Positions 24,618 to 37,944 of a stretch of 64,000 bases of DNA are shown in pieces. Under the pieces are notes generated by a model. It was not told the DNA's origin and searched no databases. It saw only the letters and a list, made by a program, of their open reading frames with translations. Source of the stretch: Squalus acanthias. Lineage: Eukaryota. The first letter of the stretch is position 1. Every line of letters begins with the position of its first letter. Location: the NCBI GenBank assembly GCA_030390025.1, contig CM059435.1, positions 25,854,001 to 25,918,000 on the forward strand, written 5' to 3'. A program made the position numbers and the translations under genes.

Positions 24618-27543
24618 TAGAAACATAGAAAATAGGTACAGGAGTAGACCATTCGGTCCTTCGAGCCTGCACCGCCATTCAATGCGTTCATGGCTGAACA
24701 TGCTACCTCAGTACCCCATTCCTGCTTTCTCGCCATACCCCTTGATCCCCCTAGTTGTGAGTGTTATATCTAACTCCCTTTTGAATATATTTAGCGAACT
24801 GGCCTCAACAACCTTCTGTGGAAGAGAATTCCATAGATTCACCACTCTCTGGGTGAAGAAGTTCCTCCTCAGCTCAGTCTTAAATGGCTTCCCCTTAATC
24901 CTTAGACTGTGACCCCTGGTTCTAGTTTTCCCTAACATTGGGAACATTCTGCCCGCATCTAATTTGTCTAAACCAGTCAGGATTTTAAATGTCTCTATAA
25001 GATCCCCCCTCATTCTTCTGAACTCCAGAGGATACAAGTTCAGTTGACCCAATCTTTCTTGATATGTCAGTCCGGCCATCCCAGGAATCAATCTAGTGAA
25101 CCTTCGCTGCACTCCCTCAATAGCAAGAATGTCCTTCCTTAAGTTGGGAGACCAAAACTGCGCACAATACTCCAGGTGTGGCCTCACCAAGGCCCTGTAC
25201 AACTGCAGCATCACCTCCCTACTCCTGTACTCAAATCCCCTTACTATGAAGGCCATCATTCCGTTTGCTTTCTTGACTGCCTGCTGCACTTGCATTCCCA
25301 CCTTCAGTGACTGATGTACCATGACGCCCAGGTCTCGTTGCACCTCCCCTTTCCCTAATCTGCCACCATTCAGGTAATAGTCCGCCTCTCTATTTTTACC
25401 ACCAAAGTGGATAACCTCACATTTATCCACATTGTACTTCATCTGCCATACATTTGCCCATTCACCCAACCTGTCCAAGTCACTCTGTAGCCTCCTAGCA
25501 TCCTCCTCATTGTTCACACTGCCTCCCAATTTAGTGTCATCCGCAAATTTGGAGATATTACATTTAATCCCTTCGTCCAAATCATTAATATATAATGTAA
25601 ACAGCTGGGGTCCCAGCACCGAACCCTGCGGTACCCCGCTGGTCACTGCCTGCCATTCTGAAAAGTACCCATTTACTCCTACTCTTTGTTTCCTGTGTGC
25701 CAACCAGTTCTCAGTCCACGTCAACACATTACCCCCAATCCCATGTGCTTTAACTTTGCTCACCAATCTCTTGTGTGGGACCTTGTCGAAGGCCTTCTGA
25801 AAGTCCAAATACACCACATCTACTGGTTCCCCCCTGTCCACCCTATTGGAAACATCTTCAAAAAATTCCAGAAGATTTGTCAAGCATGATTTCCCTTTCA
25901 CAAATCCATGCTGACTTGGACCTATCATGTCGCCACTTTCCAAATGGTCTGTTATGACATCTTTAATAATTGCTTCCATCATTTTACCCACGACCGATGT
26001 CAGGCTGACCGGTCTATAATTCCCTGCTTTCTCCCTCCCTCCTTTTTTAAAAAGAGGGGTTACATTGGCCACCCTCCACTCCATCGGAACTGATCCAGAG
26101 TCTAAGGAATGTTGGAAAATGATCGTCAATGCATCCACTATTTCCAAGGCCACCTCCTTAAGTACTCCGGGATGCAGACCATCAGGCCCCGGGGATTTTT
26201 CAGCCTTCAGTCCCATCAATTTCCCCAATACCTTTCCCGACTAATAAGGATTTCCCTCAGCTCCTCCCTCTTACCAGATCCTCTGACCCCTTTTATTTCC
26301 GGCAGGTTTTGTGTGTCCTCCACAGTAAACACCGAACCAAAGTACTTGTTCAATTGATCTGCCATTTCCTTGTTCCCCATTACGACTTCCCCTGTTTCCG
26401 ACTGCAGGGGACCTATGTTTGTTTTTACTAACCTCTTTTTACATATTTATAGAAGCTTTTGCAGTCCATTTTAATGTTCTCTGCAAGCTTCCTTTCATAT
26501 TTTATTTTCCCTGCCCTAATCAAACCCTTCATCCTCCTCTGCTGAGTTTTGAAGTTCTCCCAGTCCCCAGGTTTGCTGCTACTTCTGGCCAATTTGTATG
26601 CAACTTCCTTGGTTTTAATACTATCCCTGATTTCCCTGGTTAGCCATGGTTGAGCCACCTTCCCTTTTTTATTTTTACGCCAGACCGGGATGTACAATTG
26701 TTGTAGTTCATCCATGCGATCTCTAAATGTCTGCCATTGCCCTTCCACTGATAGCCCCTTAAATATCGCTTGCCAATTTAACCTCGCCAATTCACGCCTC
26801 ATACCCTCAAAGTTGCCCTTATTTAAGTTCTGGACCATGGTCTCTGACTTAACTGTTTCCTTCTCCATCCTAATGTAGAACTCCACCATACTATGGTCAC
26901 TCTTCCCCAGGGGGCCTCGTACCACAAGATTGCTGATTAGTCCTTCCTCATTACACAGCACCCAGTCCAGGATGGCCTCCCCTCGAGTTGGTTCCTCAAC
27001 ATATTGGTTTAGGAAACCATCCCTTAAACACTCCAGGAAATCCTCCTCCACCGTATTGCTTCCAGTTTGAGTAGCCCAATCTATATACATATTAAAGTCA
27101 CCCATGATAACTGCTGTGCCTTTTTTGCACGCACCTCTGATTTCCTGTTTCATACCCTCCCCCACCTCACTACTGCTGTTTGGAGGTCTGTACACAACTC
27201 CCACTAACGTTTTCTGCCCTTTGGTGTTCTGCAGCTCAACCCATATTGATTCCACATCCTCCAAGCTGATGTCCTTCCTAGCTATTGCATTAATCTCCTC
27301 TTTAACCAGCAATGCTACCCCACCCCCTTTTCCTTTTATTCTATCCTTTCTGAATGTTGAATACCCCTGGATGTTCAGTTCCCAGCCTTGATTGTTCTGG
27401 AGCCACGTCTCTGTAATCCCAATCACATCGTATCCGTTAACATCTATTTGCACAGTCAATTCATCCACCTTATTACGGATACTCCTTGCATTAAGACACA
27501 GAGCCTTTAGGCTTGTTTTATTAACATCCTTTGTCCTTTTAGA
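24618..27543 (-). mobile_element. Relatively young, 5'-truncated CR1 LINE with near-complete ORF2 (APE endonuclease and RT)
   Basis: 372-aa APE ORF (LNARSIRNK, GITETW, VIMGDFN, GKSDH) and 506-aa RT ORF (YLDFQKAFDKVPH, GVPQGSVLGP, KFADDT); frameshifts near 26435 and 26233. Confidence 0.95.
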
Positions 27544-27847
27544 CAAAAGGACAAATGGTCATTGCAGCGAACGTCTCTGTAGAAGGGTTGTTTCTCTCGC
27601 CTCTCTTCTCATTCCTCTCTAATTTGCACTATGCCTTTTGTCTCTTTCTGTCTCTGATCTGTCTTTAATTGTACTCTTTCAAATTGCTAATTGTGCATTC
27701 TCTCTCTCTCGCTCACACACACACACCATGTCGTCTATAATCGCTCTCTTACCTACCTCAACCTTCAATTTCATTTATTTTAGGGGTGCCCCAACCTTTT
27801 GCTATTATGGGCTGCAGGGGGCATTTATAAGATTTAAATCCATGTTT

Positions 27848-28340
27848 ACATAAGAACATAAGAAATAGGAGCAGGAGTAGGCCAATCGGCCCTTCGAGCC
27901 TGCTCCGCCATTCAATAAGATCATGGCTGATCTGATCCTCACCTCAAATCTAAAGAACACAAGATATAGGATCAGGACCCGGCCCGCTACGCCACCCACA
28001 GGGCCTCGACCGATCCGAACTCAGCCTCATGTCCAATTTCCTGCCCGCTCCCCGTAACCCCTAATTCCCTTTACTTCTAGGAAACTGTCTATTTCTGTTT
28101 TAAATTTATTTAATGATGTAGCTTCCACAGCTTCCTGGGGCAGCAAATTCCACAGACCTACTACCCTCTGAGTGAAGAAGTTTCTCCTCATCTCAGTTTT
28201 GAAAGAGCAGCCCCTTATTCTAAGATTATGCCCCCTAGTTCTAGTTTCACCCATCCTTGGGAACATCCTTACCGCATCCACCCGATCAAGCCCCTTCACA
28301 ATCTTATATGTTTCAATAAGATCGCCTCTCATTCTTCTAT
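27848..28340 (-). mobile_element. CR1 3' fragment with an internally duplicated 3' tail
   Basis: RRMRGDLIETYKI...RGYGERAG; tail ACATAAGAACATAAGAAATAGGAGCAGG with a diverged second copy at 27953-28029. Confidence 0.88.
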
Positions 28341-28361
28341 TACCTTTCACATATCTCAAGT

Positions 28362-28915
28362 AACGAACAACAACTTGCATTTATATAGCACCTTTAACAA
28401 AGGAAATTGTCCTAATGCCATTTATAGGAGTGTAATTAGACAAAAATTGACACCGAGCCAAAGAAAGAGATATTCGGACACGTGCCTAAAAGCTTGACCA
28501 GAGAAATAGGTTTTAAGGTAGGTCTTAAAGAGGGGGGAGAGCGGTGGAGAGGCAAAGGGGTTTAGGGAGAGAATGCCAAAGCTTAGGACCTAGACACCAA
28601 TGTTGGGGTGAAGGGAGTGGGGATGCACAATTGGCCAGAGTTGGAGGAATGCAAAGTTCTTGGAGGGTTGTAGGGCTAGAGGTGTTTTACAGAGCTAGGG
28701 AGGGGGAAGGCCATGAAGGGATTTGAACACAATGAGAATTTTAAAATCGAGGCGTTGGTGGACCAGTCGCCAATGTAGGTCACCGGTGGGTGATAGGTGG
28801 GCAGGATTTGGTGTGGGTTAGGGTATGGGCAGCAGAGTTTTGGATGTGCTCAAATTTCTGGAGGGCGGACGATGGGAGAACGACCAGGAGAGCATTGGAA
28901 TAGTCAAGTCTGGAG
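28362..28915 (-). mobile_element. L2 LINE 3' fragment
   Basis: (AAC)n TTGCATTTATATAGCACCTTT tail; homologous to 10579-10978. Confidence 0.8.
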
Positions 28916-29261
28916 GTATTGATACTAACAGATTTTGGTATTCTGATTCAGGATTAATCCACCAAAGAGACAAATGTGCTAAGAGCCCTTTCCAAACCAC
29001 CAGGCCCACAAAACTCAAACAGACAAGTAAATGTGAAATATACTTGGTGGAAGAACCAAGTTTTGAGGCTCCAATTGCTACATGTGGCACACAGGTAGTT
29101 TGGACATCCTTTATGATAGGATTGAATCTTCTAGGATGTTTTACAAAAATTGGATTAGAATCTAAGGTGTAAACACTCCCTAAATAATTTACCTGTGTAG
29201 TCTATGAACTGTTCCGTCATTGAGTTTACATATATTATATTTCTATGATTTTATTTTGCAG

Positions 29262-29431
29262 TCGCTTGGACTCCAATTCACTGATCTGTGATTGTGAATT
29301 AATGTGGCTGGCAGAACTGCTGAAGAAATATGCTGAACATGGTAACGCCCAGACAGCTGCCACCTGTGAGCATCCCAGGAGGCTTCAGGGGCGGTCGGTT
29401 ACAACAGTAACAGCACAGGAGTTTAATTGTG
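29262..29431 (+). CDS. PXDNL: PXDNL-like coding exon, LRRCT (exon 7 equivalent)
   Basis: tgcag|T...TG|gtaaat, 170 bp; [56 protein letters not shown]. Confidence 0.95.
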
Positions 29432-29779
29432 GTAAATTAAATTGTTTCTGAATTATTTCGTTCTTGTAAAGTAAATGAATCGATCCCCCATGAGTTTGTT
29501 TCACGGGTGATTGGGGGCGTGGAGAGGGGGGTGGAACAGTGCAAGGGGAGCAAAGCAGTCAGGCAGTTAATGCAACACTGGGCTAGGGAATGGATCCGTT
29601 GGGTGAAGTGAGAGCTAGAGTGGGAATGGAACAGGGCATGAGGCCCAAGTTCATGCAGCGATGGAGGTGAGTTGGTTTCCTATATTTGGCAACCTGGAGC
29701 AGCAAAGTCTTGGGCTGAGGCCAGGTGCGGAACCATTCCAAGGGCTGAGACCATGGTGTGTTTTTATGTCCTTGGTTTA

Positions 29780-30805
29780 CTGACAAAGCAAGATGGTTGC
29801 CAAAAGCTTTTCAAAAAATATTTTGACATTTTAAGGGAATTGCTGATTACAGGAGTTGTATCAAAGGACTGGAGAGAAGTAAATGTGGTGCCAATATATA
29901 AAAAAGGGATGGAAGGATAACCCAGGGAATTCTAGACATTGGTAGTGGTTGAAATATTAGAAATTATGCTGAAAGGAGAAGAGTGAGGTTTTAGGAGAAA
30001 TCTAGTATGATAAGTAGTCAACATGGTTTGAAAATAACAGATCTTGCTTGACTACTAGAATATACTTTAAGTATCGAACTGAGTTAAATGACCAGAAGAA
30101 CTCAGTAGATTAATATACCTATACTTTAGCAAAACCTTTGATGCAGTACCGCATAGATTATTTTATATGGTAGAAAGGCTTGGAATAGGAGGGACATTTT
30201 TGAACTGGATCAGTTAGTAATGCGAAAGGTAATTATTAAGGGAGAAGTCTAATGGGGGTGCCAAATAGATCAGTTCTTGGGACCATTGTTGTTTTCGGTG
30301 TACATTAAGGATTTGGAGGATGGGATGGTACTCTCCAAGTTTGCCAATGATATCAAATTTGGAGGGGTCATAAATAGTAGGGAACAAGCCAGAGGGATCT
30401 GGGCAGGTTGGGAGACTGAACCAAAAAGTGGGAGATGTTGTTTAATGTAGAGCAAAAGGGAAACTGGGGAAGGGAAACAAACAATGACAGTACAAAAATA
30501 AATGAAAATCATCTACAGGAAACAACACAGGAGAGGAATCCAAAGTAGATCCTTATATTCAGCACAATGTGGAGTGGTAATAAAAAAGCAAAACATGGTC
30601 TTAAGATGTACGGCTTGAGGGACAGAGCACAAGTCCCATGGAGTGATGATTAGTCTGTATAAAGGTCTGATCCAACTCAACCTTTAGTATAGTGTACATT
30701 ACTGTACCAAAGGGCGAAATCCTTGCCTTGGATGAATTCGGAGAAGTGCAACTAAGTCGATAAATGGGATGAGGCACTTGAGCTATGAGGGAAAACTAAG
30801 GTTAC
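29780..30805 (+). mobile_element. Old CR1 RT remnant
   Basis: DWREVNVVPIYKKG, SVLGPLLFSVYIKDL and SKFAND motifs, heavily decayed. Confidence 0.75.
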
Positions 30806-31562
30806 TAGTCATTGGTACTTTCCCATAGGTTATTTCCCACCTGTTGAGTTGTGTTTTTTTATATAAATGATATTTGAACTAATCGTGATTTTTTGTACCC
30901 AAGGAACAATGCCTAAATATGATGGGGTGCAATACACAAGATTTTAATATATATTATCTGATCACCTGTGGCATTGCTCATATGTAGTCTGGGGTCTAGA
31001 GCACAATTGTAGTGCTTAGCTGCTGACCTGAGGCACTGCTCAGGTACTCTAGATTAATCCACGTTTAAATGTTGTTTGATGAGAGAAGTTTGCAGATTGT
31101 AAATTTCTGGCAGAAGAGGCAGATGGGGCTTTGGCTTAACATCTCACTTGAAGAATGCTACTTCCTCATGACTGAACAGGGGTGTCTTGCTAGATTAAGG
31201 GCGGAAATCCTGGACTCTGGCTTGGACCTACAACCTTCTAACTCTGATGTGAAATTGCTATCAACTGAGCCCAGCTGAGACATGCTCCAAAGCTGTCTAA
31301 AGAGATTTTACGCACTTGTGCTAATAGTGCTATGTCAGATATTGAGGGAAGAAGAAATAGAGGACTTTGGGTTTAGATTCATTAGGTAAGAATAATTAAT
31401 TTGGACTGGCGGGGTTCTTGAGTTTCAGCCACAGTCCAAATACGCACAAGTGCTCATCCTTAGCACGTTGGTAACAATTCTCAATTTTTACAATTACTTT
31501 TATTGCTTTTCCCGATTCAAAGAAAGCAATTTGAACTCACCACAAATTTTGTTTCCTTGTAG

Positions 31563-31680
31563 AGAGGCCTCGTATCACTTCTGAGCCACAGGATGTGGAT
31601 GTTACTCTGGGAAACACAGTTTACTTCACCTGCCGGGCAGAGGGTAACCCTAAGCCCAACATCATCTGGTTGCACAATAA
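31563..31680 (+). CDS. PXDNL: PXDNL-like coding exon, Ig1 N-half (exon 8 equivalent)
   Basis: tgtag|AG...AA|gtgagt, 118 bp; [39 protein letters not shown]. Confidence 0.95.
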
Positions 31681-32159
31681 GTGAGTACCGGGGCAGAGGC
31701 AATGTGACACCAAAAGTGGAGCCATTCATAAATAGTGATTGAAAATCATAAATCAGCTTCAGTAAAGACTGCAAAAAATTATAGTAACTACAAAGTGAGC
31801 ACATGTATTGGATGAGAAATTATTTGATGTTATCATACTGTCCACTTTTGGGTCTTCCATATTGATTTCAATTTGAGTAATTTATTTTTGGACTGCAGTG
31901 ACCATGCCCTTTAACTTGCAATTTAAAAGTGTTCAAGTACATACAGCTTGCCAAAATTGCAAAGACTAATTCCCTTTTGGGTAACTCTTGCATATTTCAC
32001 AGTGTCTAATCATTGCAAGAGGCATGGAAGCCACTCTAAATCAGCAGAGGAAAATATCTGTGACATGAGAGAGTAGGCAATGTCAGTAGGCAATAATTAA
32101 AATGTCACTTGTAGGTCAGAGAAGGTTACAATAATAGATTGGCTGTAAGGAGACTAGCT

Positions 32160-32720
32160 ATCAATCACAATAATTGGGGGGCAGCAACAATCTGCTCTTT
32201 GTAACAAAACAGCCCAAGGTGCTTCATGAACAGGAGAGGATACTGACACCAAGCAGGAATTAGAAGACTTGGTGCAGGCGGCTAAGGCATTGTTGAAATG
32301 GTAGGTTCTGAAGAGGTTTTTCAAGCTGGGGAGAGATAACGTGAGATGTAATGGTTTCGCAAGAGTGTTCTAGAACGCAAGGCTGTACCGACGATGATGG
32401 GGTGAAACATACAGCAAGCTGCAGTCAGAATACCAAAGAGTGCAAACTGGGACATAAGGCTTGAGAAGGTTGAAGGGATGAGGAGGGGTGGTAGAGTGGC
32501 CTAGGCATGCAAGTGGGCAATGTTACAGAAGTGGAAAAAGATGGTCTTGGCGATGGATAGGATATGAGCTTTGAAAGCACAGCTCATGGTCAAACAGGAC
32601 ACTGTGGTCATGCACTGTAGGGTCCACCTTGAGCCAGCAGATAGGGAGGTAGCTGGAATCAGCTGGTTGTTTGCAGAGTTAACTTGGAGGATGTTCCAGA
32701 TCATTCACAATTTCTGGCAG
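32160..32720 (-). mobile_element. Old L2 remnant
   Basis: HILSIAKTIFFHFCNIA peptide (L2 RT-like) and a degenerate L2 3' region. Confidence 0.55.
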
Positions 32721-33337
32721 TAAGTAGCTGTTATCATGTAAAGATGCTAAAAAGGTGATAAATGTTGTTTTAAACACTGTTCCTACAGACTTCCTGAAGG
32801 GACTGGTGTAATGGCTAATTTGTTATGGCTATCTATTCCCAGGACATTTCCATTTTATTGAAAAGTTTTTTCAAATTATTGATACCATGTTGTCATGTTC
32901 CAATAACTGACATATCCTGTGTAGTCTTTGGCTAGACAATTCCATTATTACAAATGAAACAAACTGCAATAGACAAGTAACAACAAATTTCAAATATGTT
33001 TGTTACTATTTAGATTTAGAAGGACAGATGAACTGATCATTTCATTTATTGATCGTTGGATCTTGCTGTGAGCACTTTGGTTGCCATGTTTACCCAAGCC
33101 ACAACCGTGACTACACTTTAATTGGATGTGAATTGCTTTGGGGCAGCCTGAGAGACGTAAGGCGCTACAGAAAAATTAATTCAAAAAAGAAAAGAGGCAA
33201 TGGTTGCTCAGCAACACCTTTGGCCCAATTATTTTACTCCTTGTCTTTTTGAGCCACATAGTTGCTTCACAAAACTGCATTCCAGAGATCAGTAGTTGAT
33301 TGTTTTTATGAGCCAGCATGAGAATTCATATCAATGC

Positions 33338-33635
33338 AAAGAAAGAACTTGCATTTCTATAGCGCCTTTCACAACCTCAGAACATCCCAAAGCACTTTAC
33401 AGCTAATGAAGTACTTTCAAAGTGTAGTCGCTGTTGTAATGTAGGGAAACGCAGCAGCCAATTTGCACACAGCAAGATCCCACAAACAGCAGTGAGATAA
33501 ATGACCAAAAAATGTGTTTTTTGGTGGTGTTGGTTGGTTGGTTCTCCTGTTGGCCAGGACACCAGGAGAACTCCCCTGCTCATCTTTGAAAAGTACGATG
33601 AGATCTTAAAACCCACCTGAGAGAGCATTCAGGGC
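33338..33635 (-). mobile_element. DeuSINE (SacSINE1-like) 3' half
   Basis: AAAGAAAGAACTTGCATTTCTATAGCGCCTTTCAC...GCAGCCAATTTGCACACAGCAAG; reverse complement of the 19822 and 13943 family. Confidence 0.75.
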
Positions 33636-35237
33636 TTAGCACACATTTGTAAAAGAAGCCCTTATATGTCCTCTGTTGCTACTTTATCTGTTACCTTGTG
33701 CTTCTTCTGGCGATTACACAAAGTCCTCCAAGGTGCTAACACTGTATAGGTTCTTCCAATTACATAATAGCCCACTTGTTGCCTTATTGCATTTGTGGGT
33801 GGTCTTCCCTTGTCAACAGTCCGGTAATATTTCTCTATAATCGAGTTTTCCAGAACATCCAGGGTCTGGTTGGTAAAAGAGGCTATTTGAACTCGAAGTT
33901 GAGCATTTCTTCACAATATTTTGTAGATTACAACTTGATTAAGAAGCATTTTTCATATTTATTCTAGTTAAGGGTGGTTCACAGCGGGAACTATGGGCCT
34001 AGATATCTAACCATGTTCAAATCATTTATTACACTGCAAGAATATTTGTGGAACTTGTTTTCTAATAGGGCTGTTGAACAGTTCATGCAGCTGTGTAACA
34101 CTTCGTACACTTCGGCTGTTGGGCAACAAGGCAGAAGCAAATGCCTCAGAACAAGCAAGTGGGATACTTTGAAACATTTTTCTGCCTTTCAAAAGAAATG
34201 TGTATCAGTAATTATTTAATTTCCCTCCTTCTCAGATCCCTTGGTTAAACTCATAATCTCCGCTGGACTGATGTTCCAGTCATTTTATTAATATTCTCCA
34301 GCTGTACAGTTAAACATCTTATACAAACATATGAAAAGGAAGGACAGGAAAAGACCAACTGGTTCATCAAGCCTGTCCCATCCCAGCATGGTGTAACTTT
34401 CACACACCATCAGCCCATTCCTCCTCCCTTCCCCACCTCCCCTCTCCCACCCCATCACAGCAATCTCCTAGGAGGGGCAAAAAAACCACAGAAAAACCTG
34501 AGGCCAATTTAGGAAAAACTCTAGGAAATGGCCCTTTTTAAATATTATTGCCACATGGGCTTCTCTTCAGTCTATGGGAACAATCTCAAACCCAACAAGC
34601 TATTAAATATATGAAAACGTGGCTTATAGAGCACTGTCTCTATTTCTTTGAAGACTCTGAGATGAAATACTGTCAGGCCAGCTGCCTGATCCAGTTTAAC
34701 ATAATTAATCATAGCAAGGACTATATCCACATCTGCTTTAACTCATTCAATTCCAGCATCATCCCTATTTTGTATTGATCACCCAGCATCATCTTTAGTA
34801 ATGAAGATTGATGCTAAGTAGCACTTTAAAACCTCTGCCATATATCCTGTAAATGCAATGAGAGTTCAACTAATATTTATTATTTTTCAAATTAGCAAGT
34901 TGTGGCTTGTACAAAAGCTGGACCATATTTAACTCATTGATAGCAGTAGGAATTATGTAAATGCAATATGCATGTATCAGCAATGCCATTATCCATCATT
35001 TGACATTGAATAGCCTGCAGGAATGTAAAATCTGAGGCATCTCCACAATCGCTTTTAAATAGCACAAAATGTCCACAGCAAGAACGTGAGGTGTGTGTTT
35101 GTTTGTTTTTGAGTATTTCATCCCTAATTCTTTATTTGTTTTATTAGATGAATTAATTACTTTGGATTTGGTTAATGTACCTTTTTTTCCCCCAAGTGCC
35201 CATGCTGCATCATCATTACCTATTTGTGTCCCCTCAG

Positions 35238-35407
35238 TAATGAGATAGATATGAAAGATGACAATCGTGTGAACCTACTGGAAGATGGGACGCTGATGAT
35301 TCAGGACATAAAGGAGTCAGACCAAGGTGCCTACCAGTGCATGGCCAAAAACGTTGCAGGAGAGGTCAAGACTAATGAAGTGATCCTCCGGTATTTTGGC
35401 ACACCAT
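35238..35407 (+). CDS. PXDNL: PXDNL-like coding exon, Ig1 C-half (exon 9 equivalent)
   Basis: ctcag|T...AT|gtaagg, 170 bp; [56 protein letters not shown]. Confidence 0.95.
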
Positions 35408-36075
35408 GTAAGGAAGCAGAAATGCATTCTAATATTTATGCTGCTATGTATTTTATTGTCTGCTCCATGGGAGTGTTTATCATAGAACTGTAGAAATTAT
35501 GACCCAGAAGAAAGTCATTCATTACATCTGCCTGTGCCAATGCTAGCTTTTCAACTGGAGTTGACTAAACCAATTTCTCTCCGTTTCCTCTGTATCCTTT
35601 CATATTTTTCCTTTGCCAAATATTCATCTAATTCCCTTTTAAACGATGATCTCTGCCTCAATAGCCACTTGTGTATAACATTCTATATTCTAACCCTTTG
35701 TGTGATTTTTTTTTTTAATTTCTCCCTTTGTTATTCTAGTGATAATTCTGAGTCTATGCTTCCTTTGTATTAATTAAAAGATTATGCTTTTATTGCATTT
35801 TAAACAAAACTATTCATGGTATTATTTTGCAGTATAACGTTTTGTTCTTTGGTTTAATAAGGGGTGACTCATATCACTGAATATAACATTGAGAAAGATG
35901 CTGCTCATAAAATAATCTCTTTAAGATAGTTAAATGACTTTTTATTTTAAGATGAGGCCATTGACTTTTTCTTCATGGATTTTTTTCTGACTCGGTTCCC
36001 CTTGAATTTTTGATTGGCTCATACTATGAAGGAACATGGGGTGCAAATCATGATTTTTAACTTTACAGTTAAATT

Positions 36076-36183
36076 TAATTAATGAAAACATACATTTTAT
36101 AAAAGCTACTACAGAAATTTTTAGTAAAGCACTTTTTCTTATGTGAATTTATTACCTAGTTAAACTTCAGAAGGTGGGTGCAT
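36076..36183 (+). repeat. AT-rich direct repeat, copy A (intron 9)
   Basis: Roughly 80% identical by eye to 37838-37944. Confidence 0.8.
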
Positions 36184-37475
36184 ATGTAAGACAAGCCCAT
36201 GTACAGCGGATTTGTTGGCGACTGAGTAACACACTCTCACATCCTGAATTGCATTCAGCCAGCCAGACAGGGTGAAAGTCTTCTCTCTCCTAGTTTAACG
36301 GGGGAAATTTTAACGTGACCTGCCTGGCGAGAAGCTGACGGGATTCAATTCTAAACATTTTTTTAATGTATTGACCTGTACCCATTTGTTTTATTGGCAT
36401 TTTTGTGCAAGGCAATATTTATGCCTAAAAGCACAGAATATGTGCCCCAAATTATCAGTTGCTTCACAGTTACTATTCTACCATGATATTCTCCCTTAAA
36501 TCACCTTTTTTATGTATAAGCTTCAATACCTGTGTGTCTAAATGTTAGTGAATCAAGTGTGAAATTTGAGCTGTGCGGTAGATATGTATTGTAGCAGAAT
36601 TTCAGTAGAATGTATACATAATATATTGTATCTTAAAAGTGGAGGTGGGTCAAAACATTCCATTTCAAAATGCATTGAAAACTCTCATTTAAAATGGTCC
36701 TTTGGAAAGTTCCATTATAGAAGTGTCCACATCTACCTGCAATAACTGTTCTGCCTGTAGGTGGTGTTATGATGAGGGTTTCTCAATTTTAAGCATTGCT
36801 AACATTCATAACACCTTGAACAATCCTGGAGAAATCAATGCCTGTTCAAAAATGGAAAAACTCTTGACAGTACAGATGGACATCTGTGTTTTTTAAAAAA
36901 ATCAGGGCCTCTTCAAGCTCGAATAATCACAACCTCTTCATTGCTTGAAAAATCGGGCCTATTAAAGGTAATAACATTCTGTGTTGTTTTTAAAGTATCA
37001 GTAGTAGAAAAACTCCAAGCAGCCTCATTAATTTTTTCAGTAAATCGGGGTATCTCCCTCACACGCTGAAATACTTTTCCAACATCCACTGTAATATTTT
37101 CCCCCATTCCTACTTATTTTCTCCTTCCCTCCTGCTTCTCGTCCTTCCCCCCCCCCCCCCCCCGTCCTTCCCCTACCACCTCCTCCTACCCCTCTTCCTC
37201 TGCATCAATCCAATTATCTAACCCTACTCTACCTGAAGACAGCATTTGGTCTTGATAACCCAATGTGCGATTGGCAATGTCACATAGATCGACAGTTTAC
37301 TTCAAAATATTTGCAGAGGTTGGGCACAGTTCCATCAATTTAATGAATTGTCTAATGCAGGAAGTTGTTGCTTTTCACAATATAATGGATGCTATCTGGA
37401 TGGTTGGTATATAACATTAACCCACACTTTAAGGTAAAATATTTAAACGGTCCTACTTGACTTGTATTTTTCCAG

Positions 37476-37748
37476 CAAAACCCACTTTTGTGATTCAGCC
37501 TCAAAACACGGAGGTATTGGTAGGGGAAAGCGTCACACTTGAATGCGGTGTCTCGGGACATCCTCAACCTCGCATCATCTGGACTAAGGGTAGCAACAAC
37601 CCGATTCCTGATGACTTCAGGTACACCATCACTTCTTCTGGTGGGCTTTTCATGCAGAACGTCACCTTCGAGGATCAGGGGCAGTACAACTGTAATGCAA
37701 GCAACACTGAAGGTTCCATTCAGGCTGTGGCCCACATCATTGTACAAG
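37476..37748 (+). CDS. PXDNL: PXDNL-like coding exon, Ig2 (exon 10 equivalent)
   Basis: tccag|CA...AG|gtacac, 273 bp; [38 protein letters not shown]...[21 protein letters not shown]. Confidence 0.95.
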
Positions 37749-37837
37749 GTACACAATAAGCTGTTACTAGTTTTCAGTTATTGTTAATAATATTAAAAGT
37801 GCAATCCACTGGTTTTAATGAAGGATAACGGCAAATG

Positions 37838-37944
37838 TAATTAATGAAGGAATACATTTTATAAAAGCTATTTCAGAAACTTTTAATAAAGCTCATTTTC
37901 TGTATTAATTTATGACCTAGTTAAACTTTAGAAGAGTGATGCAT
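37838..37944 (+). repeat. AT-rich direct repeat, copy B (intron 10)
   Basis: Shares ATACATTTTATAAAAGCTA and ACCTAGTTAAACTT with 36076-36183. Confidence 0.8.

Noticed and set aside
25096-27622. Plus-strand ORFs over the CR1
   Set aside because: Antisense shadows of CR1 ORF2
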